From NCBI GenBank assembly GCA_032718475.1, contig JAUCBJ010002263.1, positions 28,565-92,564 of the forward strand: a stretch of DNA of 64,000 bases. The letters run 5' to 3'. The stretch comes from Nemertoderma westbladi (lineage: Eukaryota > Animalia > Xenacoelomorpha). The notes beneath the pieces are model-generated. The model saw nothing but the letters and a program-made list of their open reading frames with translations. It was not told the DNA's origin and did no database searches. This document shows, one piece after another, positions 23,625 through 36,219 of the stretch. A program made the position numbers and the translations under genes. The first letter of the stretch is position 1. The number at the start of each line of letters is the position of its first letter.

Positions 23625-23751
23625 TATAGAATCATATTCCCTAAATGCCGTGGATTTTCAAAATTTTATTTTATTCGAATTAACTTTGTTAAAGATTACA
23701 TTAAGTCCTCATTTGTATTTGCTATATCTATTGTACGATGTTTAGTCAAGT

Positions 23752-23838
23752 GGTTCAGTAGCTCAGTCGGTAGAGCGTTGGAAATTATATATGTAGTAGG
23801 TATTGAGTTCGAATCCTTGTAGGTGCGAATTATTTTTT
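23752..23838 (+). ncRNA. tRNA-derived Pol III unit in U3 of element 2 5' LTR
   Basis: TAGCTCAGTCGGTAGAGCG (A box, perfect GCTC/GAGC D stem) at 23759; GAGTTCGAATCC (B box) at 23805; T6 terminator at 23833-23838. Confidence 0.65.
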
Positions 23839-23904
23839 GTACAGAATTTCAACTCATTTAAATTGACCGCTACAAATTAAATTGCATTTGTCTGTACCTA
23901 GATT

Positions 23905-24085
23905 AACCAATGGGACTGTAGTTATTAGATTGTAACCAATGTCGTGCAAGTTATATATTAGCTGGACCAATAGCTATCTTTAAAAACCTGTTAGAACCTA
24001 TAGAACAATCGAGAATTTTCTCGATTGATTGCAGCACAAATTTGCTATATAAAGGTGCGATTTCGTTCATTAGTTCACTACTTCT
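23905..24085 (+). promoter_or_regulatory. Pol II promoter in element 2 LTR: three CCAAT, heat-shock element, TATA, initiator
   Basis: CCAAT x3; aGAAc aATCg aGAAt tTTCt at 24002-24021; TATATAAA at 24046-24053; TCACTACTT about 30 nt later. Confidence 0.65.
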
Positions 24086-26329
24086 TTCTTACACAATATT
24101 ATTTCAGATTACATTGTTTATTGTATAATAGTTATTGTTTGATTTTGTAATAAAAGTTAGAAATACTTGTCACATCTGCCCTTTTCTATCTGTTTTATCA
24201 TGCTTCACCACGGTGAACCCAACTAAGGGACAGGATGGCTGGCTAGACTTCGGGCCGCAGCAATGAACGGGAACATCAAGGGAATGTAGACAGGAGACAA
24301 CCCGCAATATCAATCTTAGTTATTCGCCCATCGCCTGAAAGGTTAGACAGCATTCGATGCCTTGCTACCTAAGTGTAAGACCAAAGATCAAAGGTAGAGG
24401 TAGTGACACGCTGTACGCCTAAAATTACATCTAGGGACTGTACTGTCTTAATTCAGGAAAAAACCGCAGTAGACCTTCATATTCCTACGGGAGGAGAGAG
24501 GAGAGCAGGCAGAGATACTACTACGCAGATAGGACGTAGGCACACCGGTACAAGGCATACACATTGGTAGGGTGCAGCAAACTGTACGCCTAACTCTTGC
24601 TAAGTACAGGTGCGTTTGCGACTATTTGTAGTACAACGGTGTCCATTGCATTAGAACTTGTAGGCCAGGAGGGTTACTGTGTTTCACCTGAATTAGGATT
24701 GTACCGTTCAGGCGGTAGGGCAGTTTACGACTAGGCGCAAATAAATTGAGGCTATTAGGGATATACTAACATCTACCGTGTCCCCGCCGACATCCTGATA
24801 GGAAGTTACCAAGCCCACCTAGGTAACCAAAATTCTAGATAGGACGCCAGGCTAGCTATTAGTAACAGTACGCCTACTGTAGTAAACTAACACATTTCTT
24901 CTTAGTATTAGGGACCTGGTAAATTAAAATTGCCGAATTCTGGGCGTAGTATTAACCTTATGCCTGAATTTGAGTCCTGGAAATACGCAAGAGGGGAAGG
25001 AGCCTTATTATTCGTGAGTATTGGACCTACAAGTTACAAAATTAGAATATTCGTAAAATGCACACCGTACCCAGTAATTATATATATGAAGGAGCAAAAC
25101 TGATCTTGATGGTTCAGAATTAACACACGCGAGTTAGAAATTATTTACACCTCAAAATATATAAAATTAACTTTTGTCCGTACTGCACTTTGCCCGCTAG
25201 TTAGACATCTCCAAATCTCTGCACCTAGCTAGCGTCTCTTTCGCCCAACCATATAAATCACACCGCGGCAAAGTATACGAGCCCCTTAGTCCGTCAGTGA
25301 GTCAGCCTGATTTTAGGATTCGCTGCGCGGGATTTTGTTTTATCGAAGTTTGTCTGCTCGTAGACTGTTTTCTGCCTCACCGGTTATAAGGGACCAATAC
25401 TGCAATATATTCGCTTACTTGGAGTTTACTATTTTGGTGAGAAGGTCGGATTTATGATTTGATTCACAAACTTTACAGTAAGATATTGCAGGTATTGTTA
25501 ATGTCTCTTCGCATTAGTAGGAATATGTTTTACTGAACTACGGTTCGGTAGGACTAAAGTTATTTGAAAATTTTGTATTTTGAGGTAAAAATTTATATTT
25601 GATTAGCTAAGTGCTAATTTTTTGAAATAAAATTTGATTTGAACCGCGTGTAAAATATTTTGGAATTGAATACCGGTGTTTAAAAGGGTTTAAATACCAT
25701 ATTGTACCGGTACAAAAAATTTTCGTAAAAGTAAAACCTAACTCTTTTGTTTTTCAGGATTCAGAACTCATTTCTAGACTGTAACGGGAGCAAGACCGTG
25801 TTTAGCAAGTTTGGGAGATAGATAACTCAACAACTTTGGTTGGGAAAATCGCACTTCATCCGCAACGCTGGAAACGGAAAGGTTCACGTCCGGTTTGTAT
25901 CTGGGAATCTGTTTTTCTGGAGAATTATTGGAGTGGGTGAGTTCAAAAAGTTGCATAAATAAGTTAGGCATTACCGTATTAGTTAAAATTATTGTGGGTT
26001 CCACTGTCTCAAGTATTTATGCATTCTGTATGATTTCTTTGTTCATTGCTGAATTAGTCCGTATTATTGTATTTAATTTACCTTTTTGATAACGCATATC
26101 GTTATCCAATTTATTTGTTATAAAATTGGCCGCTAGGCTAATTTTATTATATACTTATTCCGTGACATTTATTTGCTGTAAAATTGGCCGTTCAGGCTAA
26201 TTTTATCCATCTGCTATAAAATCGGCCGGTAGGCTAATTTTATATGACTGTAATTAATACCGTTTAGATATAAATACGGTAAATTTGATACTTTGACACT
26301 CACATTTTACTTGACTTACAACTACCGAA

Positions 26330-29300
26330 ATGAGTGACAAACAAGACTATACGAAGAATACACCTACCGACTATGACTCATGTGACGTGGATAAGTCAGC
26401 AGCGGAAGAACTACAGGGGAAGACTCGCGAGCCTACCGAACCTACACCGTGTGCGTCACCAGTACATCCAACGGGAGTACCGGATGCCGTAGTACGAGGC
26501 GACGGCAGGACCGAGGACTTTCTAACTGTTCCGCAACCTAGATACAGGGAAACGGACATGGTAAGTTCAGTAGGAAGCCAGGAGAGTGTGGTTAGAAGCG
26601 TCGGAGGCTACATGGCGCATATTACCAGGAGTATTGGAGAAGGCCAACGCATATTAGACGAGTTGACCGCTCCGATGTCTCGGTTTGAGTTCTACACCCT
26701 CCAGGTTAGAGTACAAAGTAGAGTACATAAGTCCGTAGATAACCTTATCAGTCTACAAGATCTAGCTAGACAGAGACAGGATATGGATACTCAACTTAGA
26801 ATCCTCGAGAAGTTAACGATCGCTAGAGAGAAACTGATTCAGTTTAAGTCGACGATTAGGCAGATACAACAGGAACAAGCGGACCAGTTGTTAGGTGAGT
26901 CAGTTTCGGACGAGTTATTGCAACCCGAGGAAGAACAGGAACTGTATAGGCTGGATGGACAATTGAAACACCTGACGGATCACTTACGCATGTGCGGCGA
27001 GGATGTCGGAGATTGGGAAACCGTGCCGGAGGCTACGAGGGAAACTTCACTCGCACAAATCGAACTAGTACCAGGAATACTAAGTCAATCGTTGGTAAGT
27101 ATTCGTAGCGAAATTGGCGAGGGAAGTATGGTCACGTCAGAAGTTGCTCGACAACAGCAACAGTTCTACAGACAGCAACACGAAATGGAAGAACAAACTC
27201 AACTGCTAATAATACAAGCAGCGGTAGAGGAAGAGAAACTACGCGTTGCAAACGTTGCGAGAATCTCTCATCTGCAAGAACAAGCCGAGTTGGAAGCAGC
27301 TGAGATGGAAAAGTTGGAGCTAGAAATAGCACAGCGAACAGTGGCAGCTGAGTTAGCGCAACAAGCGGCAGCAGCTGAGTTGGAACGACAAGCAGCAGCA
27401 GCGGAGTCGGAGCGACAAGCAGCAGCAGCCGATTTAGAGCGACGAGCAGCAGCAGCCGATTTAGAGCGACGAGCAGCAGCAGCTGAGTTAGAGCGACAAG
27501 CGGCAGCGGCAGCGGCAGCGGCAGCGTCCGAGTTAGAGCGACAAAGGTTAGTTTCAGAAGCCAGAGTCGAGATGAAAAAACGGCAAATAAAGGCTCAATC
27601 AGCTATACGACAAGCGGAGTTCGAGGCGCAACAACAACAAACGGAACAACGAGAGAAGGAAGTTAAACTTCGTTTCGAACTCGAGAAGAAGGCGAGAGAA
27701 TTAGCCAACGCGAAGGAAGATCTGGATCTACAAGCCCGCGACCAATCGATGAGATCTCGAGACGGACATGATTTAGACCAGATGGAGGTAAGGCACCGCC
27801 AAATCCAGGAACGAATGAAGGAAGGTTCGATAGGAGCACCTGGACGGGAAAGACAATTGGTCAAAGACTTATGTCAAAGATTCCCTCAAGTAACTCCTAT
27901 GTTTGCACCAGTTACGACTAAGGAACCTGTTTCGATTGCGGGTAGTAGTAACATTTCTCCTATCCATGGTGCGACGGAACACAGGTTTGTTATTCCGGAC
28001 AAGTTTACACCGCCAAGAGCAACGTCATCGCCTATTCCGAAAGTCAAGGTAAGTAACCCACCGATTACAGATCGTAGTAGTTTGTTGACCGCACCTGCGC
28101 TACTGACGACAAAACAGGTGAGTCCACCTTTGACGCCAAAACCTGTCACGCACTACACGTACCCAATGACGTTTAGGCCTACAAGGCCTTTAGATTCAAA
28201 TGCTGTCATTCGACCACCGGTTCAGTTTACATCGCAATCTACGACTTCGAGGAAGACTTGTGAGCCTACCGAACAACGGAGACCAGTGGATACGCGACCG
28301 TTCAACCAGTTTACATCGCAATCTACGACTTTGAGGAAGACTTGTGAGCCTACCGAACAACGGAGAATAGTGGATACGCGACCGTTCAACCAGTTTACAT
28401 CGCAATCTACGACTTCGAGGAAGACTTGTGAGCCTACCGAACAACGGAGAATAGTGGATACGCGACCGTTCAACCAGTTTACATCGCAATCTACGACTTC
28501 GAGGAAGACTTACAAGCCTACCGAACAACGGAGACCAGTAGACGATGTTCCGAAACGGAATGTTAGGATTCGAACGACACAACGGACGCGAGCACGTCGA
28601 CCACCGTATCCAGGTGACAGTAGTACTTCAAGCGAGTCGGATTACCCGGAACGCGAGGTATTTAGAACAGGAGCGGCCGACGAATGTAAACGTGAGCGTT
28701 CAGACAATTCCTTTATCAATAATCCTCCACAAAATACACCAACACAGAAAGCGTTACAACCAACGGACGCAATTAGTACGCAACAACTCGCAGAAATAAT
28801 GCGCCCAGTTGTAGACAAGTTGGCCCAAATAGAGGAACGTTTAGAAGAAACTCAAACTGATAGTTCGTGAGGTAACGAGTTCGAACACTTTAGACACCCG
28901 AAGCAGCAAAGAAAACAACCCTCGAGAAACACTTCGTATCAAGGAAAAGCGCCAAGACGAGAGAACATCAACTCGATTGCCAACCAAGGACGCGAAACTT
29001 TGAACGTGGCCGAGGAGATAGCGAAATTCGCAGCGAGACAAGGTTTACCGGTACAACAACCACCGAAGTTTTCAGGTAACTCGAAACATTGGCACACCTT
29101 TGTGGACTACATCGAAACACAAATAGCAGCGTGCGCCTTTACATTGAGGGAGAAATTCAACTACCTGCTACAAACGCTGACGGGAGAACCGAAACGTCTA
29201 GCAGAAACCTTTGTCGGTGTACCAGATGCCTTCGAACTAGCGTATGATCGCTTAACTTCGATTTACGGAGGCACGGTGAGTATGGCTAAGTCAGTGATAG

Positions 29301-32300
29301 AAGAACTCTGTAAGGGGGGGGCTATAACAAAACCCGTTGACTTACTAAAACTAGCTGACGAGATTAAAAACGCCATTACTACACTACGCTCGATTGGACA
29401 ACTTGACTACGCGAACACTCCGACAGTTCTATTAAAAATAATAGGAAGATTACACCATCGACTTCGTCGGGAGTGGCGAAAGATAGAATATCAGCGAGAA
29501 GAGAGAGGCGGATTCTTGAAGTTGGAAGACGTCTACCTACTGATATCCAGAGAGGCAGTAGTCGAGACGCGTTCGAACTACACGGACCAACATATTGTGG
29601 CGGAAGGAATCACACTACCTTCATCGAACCGACAGAAACCCCAGACAACATCCACTAAGACGGCCACTTACGTTACGCCGACGGAAACCCGACGATCTTC
29701 AGACGGTAGTAAGGTGTCCGCGCCCATTGGCACCAAACAGATCCGACAACAACTAAGTACAGACTTTAGTGGTTGCCAATACTGCGAGCAGCTAGGCAAG
29801 CGGCACACTGGTCACAAACTAAGAGGTTGCCGGTTATTTCGCGAGTTAAACTCGGAAGAACGACGCCTGCAGATACGGCCATTAGATTCTTGTTGGCGGT
29901 GTACGCTACATGGACATGTCCGTAAGGACTGCCCAAATACGGACACCTGTCCTTCTTGTGGACGCAACCACGACGGCTTGCTACACACCGACAGTCATAC
30001 GCCGACAAAACGCTTCACAAGGGAACACCCGGAAGCTGCAGCAAGATGCAACACAGCATACAAGGGTCGAGAGTCGAAAACAACACCGACATTCGTGACA
30101 CACATTAGAGATTGTTTCTCGGAACAATCAGGATCGTCAGATGAAGAGTCGGAAGAAGACGACGTTTACTTTGATACTGGAGACGAACAACCATCGATTG
30201 CGCTCCTGACGCCTGATCAACTAAAGGGGTTTAGCATAATTCCCGTCAAGATTACTGGCACCAAAGGGAGCAAGAGGATCTACGCTATCCTGGATTCAGC
30301 CTCATCTCATAGCTCTGTGGATGAGAAAGTAGCTGATGTTGTCACGGATCTTAGACAAGGTAAGAACGTCAGTTACACCATAAGTAGTATGCATGGACAA
30401 CGTGCAATACCAGTAACACGAGTTAAGTTGAACTTAGACACTCTTCTTCCGAAATCGCAACATAGCGAAAAGGAGAGGTCTTTGTTACCCTTTAAGGATT
30501 TAACCTTTGCGGCCACAAAGGACTTTAGTAACCTACTAGGTCCTGTCCCAGAACAATCCTTGGAGGACCGTAAGTACATCAGACACCTTGGTGTACCTGA
30601 ATGTCCTGTCAATTATAGATCGGTAGCAATGCTGATCGGGACAGATCAATTCAACCTACATCAAGTGTGGGAAACCAGGCCATCGGCAGTCGTAGCGGGA
30701 AACGCATACGCCTGTAGAACGCCGATAGGGTGGTATACTCGAGCGCCTGTGCGCACACTGGATATAAGTGACGAGGAAGACGATATACAAAGTACATGTA
30801 GTTTATTAACTACAACTTCGACTCATTCCTTTTCACACGACGTAGACTATACTACACTACAGTCAAGTTCGACAAAACATGACACGACGTGTGTAGCTAG
30901 CATGATAAGTCACAAGGAGCAGCTAATCCACCAGGTGAGTTTAGAACTTGGGGAGAAGACGAGTCAGCCAGAGATTCCATCGACGACAGACGATAACGCC
31001 GGAAGGCTTGCGAGTCTACCTACACCAACAACCTCAACAATGCCCGTCGATATCGATGATGACGCGTTAAGAAATCATCAAGTGGAACAAGCTGCATTGG
31101 ACAAAGAATTAACGGAGAAGACTATCAGGTGGTTAGAACAAGATACAGCTGAACCTGGTAGCTACGAACCATGTATGTCGGAACAAGAGAAACAATCTTT
31201 GAAGATCATGGAAGATACTATCCGCCAGACGAAAGACGGACATTATGAGGTAGGGATGCTATGGCGTAACCAACATCCTAAACTCATAAATAACTATCCG
31301 CTAGCCTTAAGACGTCTACACTCAATACGACAACGTCTATTAAAGGACGAGAAAGCCCATCTGCAGTATAATACTCAGATGGAGACGTATTTGACCAAAG
31401 GATACGCTATCCGAATGACTAACCCAGAGATAGTGACTGACCAGACATACTACTTGCCACATCACTACGTGAGACACCCCGACAAACCAGACAAAGTATG
31501 TGTAGTCAATGACTGTGCGGCTCTGTTTGAGGGGATGTCCCTCAATAGCGAGTTGATGGATGGACCAAACATGAACAATTATCTTATGGGGGTGATTATG
31601 CGCTTCCGTCAGCGTCAAGTAGCCTTTACTTGTGACGTCGAAGCTATGTTTCACCAAGTGAGAGCGTTAGAGCAAGACAGAGACAATTTGAGGTTCCTCT
31701 GGTATCCGGAAGGAGACTTAAGTCTACCACCGGCGACTTACCAAATGCAAGTTCGCGTTTTCGGTGCCAGGGACAGCCCAAACTGTACGATGTATGCCCT
31801 AAAGCAAGCCGCTAGGGATCAGAAACATTTATATGACCCAGAGATAATTAAGATCGTAGAACGTGACTTTTACGTAGATGATGGTTTACAGAGTTGTGAC
31901 ACAGTAGAACGTGCTATAACAGTAGCACATCAATTACGGGACTGCTTAGCGGGCGGAGGTTTTAACCTCACCAAATTCGCCTCAAACAGTGCCGAATTGG
32001 TAAACTCATTCGGAACGACTGAGCGTGGAGGTGGTGACATTGACCTAGAGTTCGAACCACTACCGACGACCAAGGTGTTGGGGCTCTTTTGGGATCCAAA
32101 CACGGACAACTTTCGAGTGAAGGTGAGACTGGACAGTCAAGAAAACACACTGACAAAGAGATCCTGCTTGTCAAAATTGAGCCGATTGTTCGATCCATTA
32201 GGATTCATCAGTCCAATAATACTGCAAGCCAGAATTTATATGCGCAGTATTTGGAAGGATGGACTAACATGGGACGAGCCGATCTCATCAGACCAAGTGG

Positions 32301-35300
32301 ACTTATGGAAAACCTGGGAGGCAGAATTATCTTCGCTAGAGGATTATTCCATACCCAGAGTCTACTTTCCATTACAAACAACGTTTCCTGACAACTTGGA
32401 ATTACATTGTTTTTCCGACGCCAGTGACAACGGCTTTGGTGTGGCAGCGTACTTGCGCAGACAAGTAGACTCAGAAGAGTTCGATGTTTCGCTCATTACT
32501 TCTAAGGCAAAAACAATGCCTACTAAGTATATGACGACACCACGAGCTGAGCTACAAGCCGCAACCCTGTCAACCACAATCGTGAACCTTATACAGACTG
32601 AACTACAGTCAAGTTTACAGATATTTTATTGGACTGACGCGACGTTGGTTTTATTTTACATAAACAACGACACACTTGAATTCAAGACATTCGTAGCTAA
32701 CCGTCGCGCAGAAATTCTAGACCGTTCAATAAAAGAAGATTGGCGACATTGTCCCGGACCACAAAACCCAGCCGATATTGCGTCAAGAGGAATGATGCCT
32801 GAGGAATTCTGTAAACCAGAGAACAAAGAATTTTGGCAGCACGGACCACAGTTCTTGCAGGGATCAATACAACATTGGCCGCCACTATACGACAACAAGT
32901 CTAACACTATCCCTAAAGACGCGGAAATTAAAAAACCAAAGAAAGGGAAAGCAAAGAAAAGGACGGCGGCGAAACTTAAGAAAAAACCGAAGGCGAAATG
33001 GAAAGCGATAACTTCAAAGGTCAAGAACGGAAGACTTGCGAGCCTTTCTACACCAGACATATCGCCAGACGGTCAACCAGACACGTTACTAGACGGTCAA
33101 CCAGACACGTTACTAGACGGTCAACCAGACGTTTTGCCAGACATGTCACAAAATGTTCTACCAGACACTAGTGACATATTGACAAATAGTAAAGCCGCAG
33201 TTTCTCTATTGGAGCGGCCTTCTATTGACAAACAACCAGACGCGTTACTAGACGGTCAACCAGACGTTTTGCCAGACACGTCACTAGATATTTCGCCGGA
33301 TGTTCCGCGAAACATTTTACCAGACATGTCACAAAATGTTCTACCAGACACTAGTAACATATTGACAAATAGTAAAGCCGCAATTTCCCTATTGGAGCGG
33401 CCTTGTATTGACAAACTACCAAATTTGACACACTTGAGCAACAATAAGCACAGCGAAACCTCATGTATTACAGATGTGGGTAGTACCTACGCTAATGTAA
33501 ATACAGGTGTTACTTTGCGCTCAAGAGACATACCAAACTTGCAACCTATGGTGAGACCCGGGATTAATATCGGCAGAAAATAAAGTTTACCGAAACCCAC
33601 TGACCCCATAGAGTTCAAACCACCATTAACGATCGACTTACAAAGTACTGCCAATCAAGGTAAGAAACCAAAGAAGGACAAATTACTTGTAGACCCGGAC
33701 GGATCAACAGTCAACAAGGGAATACCTACCGGCGGACCCGTGGGCCCTTCTAGTAAATCAAAACCTTCAAAATTCTCCATTGACTTACCTGATGACGTCA
33801 CAAATACTTACGTCGACCGTATTGTAAACTTAACAGATTCTTGGACAAACGCGTGCCGAAAATTAGCGTGGATTGTACGTTTTGTACAATACGTTAAAGG
33901 CAAACGCGACTTTACACGTCGACTTACATTGACTGAGATTGACAGGTGTGAAAGTAAATTAATTCGCCATTACCAACTGCGATATTTCAAGCGCGAATTC
34001 ACATCTATAAGCCAAGGTCAACCAATCAAGTCGTCACCAATATTGAGTTGGAGTCCGATAATTTATAATGGCTTAATTTGTCATAAATCTCGGCTTCAAA
34101 ACATTGACTTTAACACAAACTTTAGATACCCAATAATAATACCGCAGCATCACGAACTACAACGTGCAATGATACTGGACGCACATTTACATCTGAAACA
34201 CGCTGGAAGACACCACTGTCTTTCCTACTTACGTACAAGATTTGTATTAATTAGACCCAGTAAAGCATTAAGTTCAGTGACACGTACGTGTATTATTTGT
34301 AAAAAGGTACATTCTAGAATAGGCACTCAAGAAATGAGTGAACTTCCACAAGCACGATTTCAAGCATTCAGACCACCTTTTACATAGACTGGAATTGATT
34401 GCTTTGGTCCCATACATACGAAACGTGGACGTATACTAGTAAAACGCTGGGGACTGATTTTCACATGTATGTCCAGTAGGGCAGTTCATATTGAACGTGT
34501 GATGGATCTTTCTACCAACGCGTTTATACTAGCACTGCGGCGATTTATCGCCAGACGCGGACTAGTGAAATGCTTGTACTCAGACCAAGGGACAAACTTT
34601 GTTGGTGCTCGAAATGAGATTGCTAGAGCCTTTAAGAAATTAGATCATGACCAAATCTCAAACGAACTACGTCCTTACAAGATTGTTTGGAAGTTTAATC
34701 CTCCAGATAGTCCATGGAGAGGCGGAGTCTGGGAGAGATTGATTAGATCTATAAAAACAGCCATGGCAAAAGTAATTCCAGTAAACCACATTTTGACAGA
34801 CGACCAACTGACAACACTGTTTGTTGAAATCGAGGCAATACTAAATACTAGACCAATAGTATTAGTACCCGATGACAAACAATCCCAGTTTGCTTTAACA
34901 CCAGCACACCTGCTTATGCAGGCACCGACTACTTTGACGCCGATTTCTATTCCAATAGAAGGTGATAGCTATGGTAGAAAAGCGTGGAAAATCACGCAAC
35001 TACTAGCTAACAAATTCTGGGAAATATGGTAAAACCATTATTTGCCCTCTATTTCTGCCAGAACAAACTGGTACAATAACACCCGCGCATTAAAGCCGGG
35101 AGATCACGTGCTGTTAGCAGAAGTGAATCTAAAAAGACGCTTCTGGATAACAGGTGTAATTTTAGCCACACATCCATCTATGGATGGAGTGACAAGAACT
35201 GTGACGGTACGGACAATTGACGGTCGTACAGTTGACAGACCGACTCAACGTCTCGTACTTCTTGAAGAGACTCGAAACGAGTCTGGAGACTACAAATCTC

Positions 35301-35320
35301 CAACAAATGTTAGTAAATAA
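26330..35320 (+). pseudogene. BEL/Pao gag-pol polyprotein of element 2 (~2997 codons in one frame, 4 nonsense codons)
   Basis: Stops ending at 28870, 33583, 34387 and 35032 are all in frame. Motifs AILDSASSHS, FYVDD, HCFSDAS, H..H..CIIC, GIDCFGP, YSDQGTNF, GGVWERL. Confidence 0.95.
28222..28540 (+). repeat. 84-bp coding tandem repeat (4 copies) in gag, each carrying the 20-nt hairpin motif
   Basis: QFTSQSTTSRKTCEPTEQRR.. x4; motif starts at 28251, 28335, 28419, 28503. Confidence 0.95.
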
Positions 35321-35982
35321 TTAGGAGTTTACAAATAGATTTCCACGTACCTGTACACTGTAGTAAGGACAGCGGTAGAATTCCATTGTCTTTATATGTG
35401 AACATTGAGGGTAGTACCCTTATGTGTCACATAGGAGCGGGATTTGTAGGTATAAGAAATGGAATTCTACTTGGAACTCACAATATTGAGACATTTTCGA
35501 AATTTTAGACAATCCATTTGGATTTGAAAAATTTTTAAAATTTTCTCCAGTGAATAGATTTCAGGGTACAGTCGGGTGGAACTTAAAATTAGAGAAACAA
35601 GAGAGGAAGACTTGCGAGCCTTTCTTAAGATTTTAATTAAATTTTACACGGTCTTGTTTCAATAAGTTACGTCAATAAATAGACTTCCCTATATTTATTA
35701 CTAACTCTTGACTGCTTATTTTCTGATAATAGTTTGGGATCAAAAAGTGAGTATTTTAGACTCACAGCCAGTTTAGCCTAAATTGTTTTTATTTCGGCAA
35801 AAAATTTTAGATAAGAAGCAGCGTGTCATTAAAGAAACCCTAGATCTTAGGCTATGGGTAGGAGGTTAGAGCGTTGTCGAGCCAAAAGGGCAGACGAAAA
35901 CTCTCACGTCTCCTCACAACTAACTACAAACTCTGTTGTATTCCCTCTAGTAGCAATGATTATGTAACCATTACTTCCAATA

Positions 35983-36219
35983 ATGGAGAAGGGGATACAA
36001 GGAGAGCCGAGATGGGGATATGATATCCAAGAGGAAGCAGCAGCGCCATTCGAACGATTTGGAGCTAAAGATTACACTATATTTGGAATAAAGGAATTAT
36101 CAGAAAGTACAGCGAAACTCGCAAACACTAAATATGACACGACGGTATCGTGGAGGTTACGAACGAATCACGGCAGACGCGTGCGCCTATCGGTCACCTT
36201 GGTGATGATTTCGAAGTAA
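35983..36219 (+). pseudogene. N-terminal remnant of accessory ORF-A, cut by internal deletion
   Basis: Homology to 5672-6313 ends near 36150. Confidence 0.65.

Larger units (their letters stand above)
23625..25516 (+). repeat. 5' LTR of element 2 (1892 bp, TA...TA termini)
   Basis: Matches 38392-40279 with about 9 substitutions and 2 small indels by eye. Confidence 0.93.

Noticed and set aside
23752-23838. Functional tRNA gene, or its 3' end acting as the RT primer
   Set aside because: No foldable acceptor or anticodon stem. Its complement to the LTR end (TGCGAA/TTCGCA) is only 6 nt and lies inside the LTR, not at the PBS position.
33731-33746. GGCGGACCCGTGGG shared between element 2 pol and the CRE minisatellite
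   Set aside because: Single short match on opposite coding strands; better explained as a variant of the BEL hairpin orthologous to 13066.
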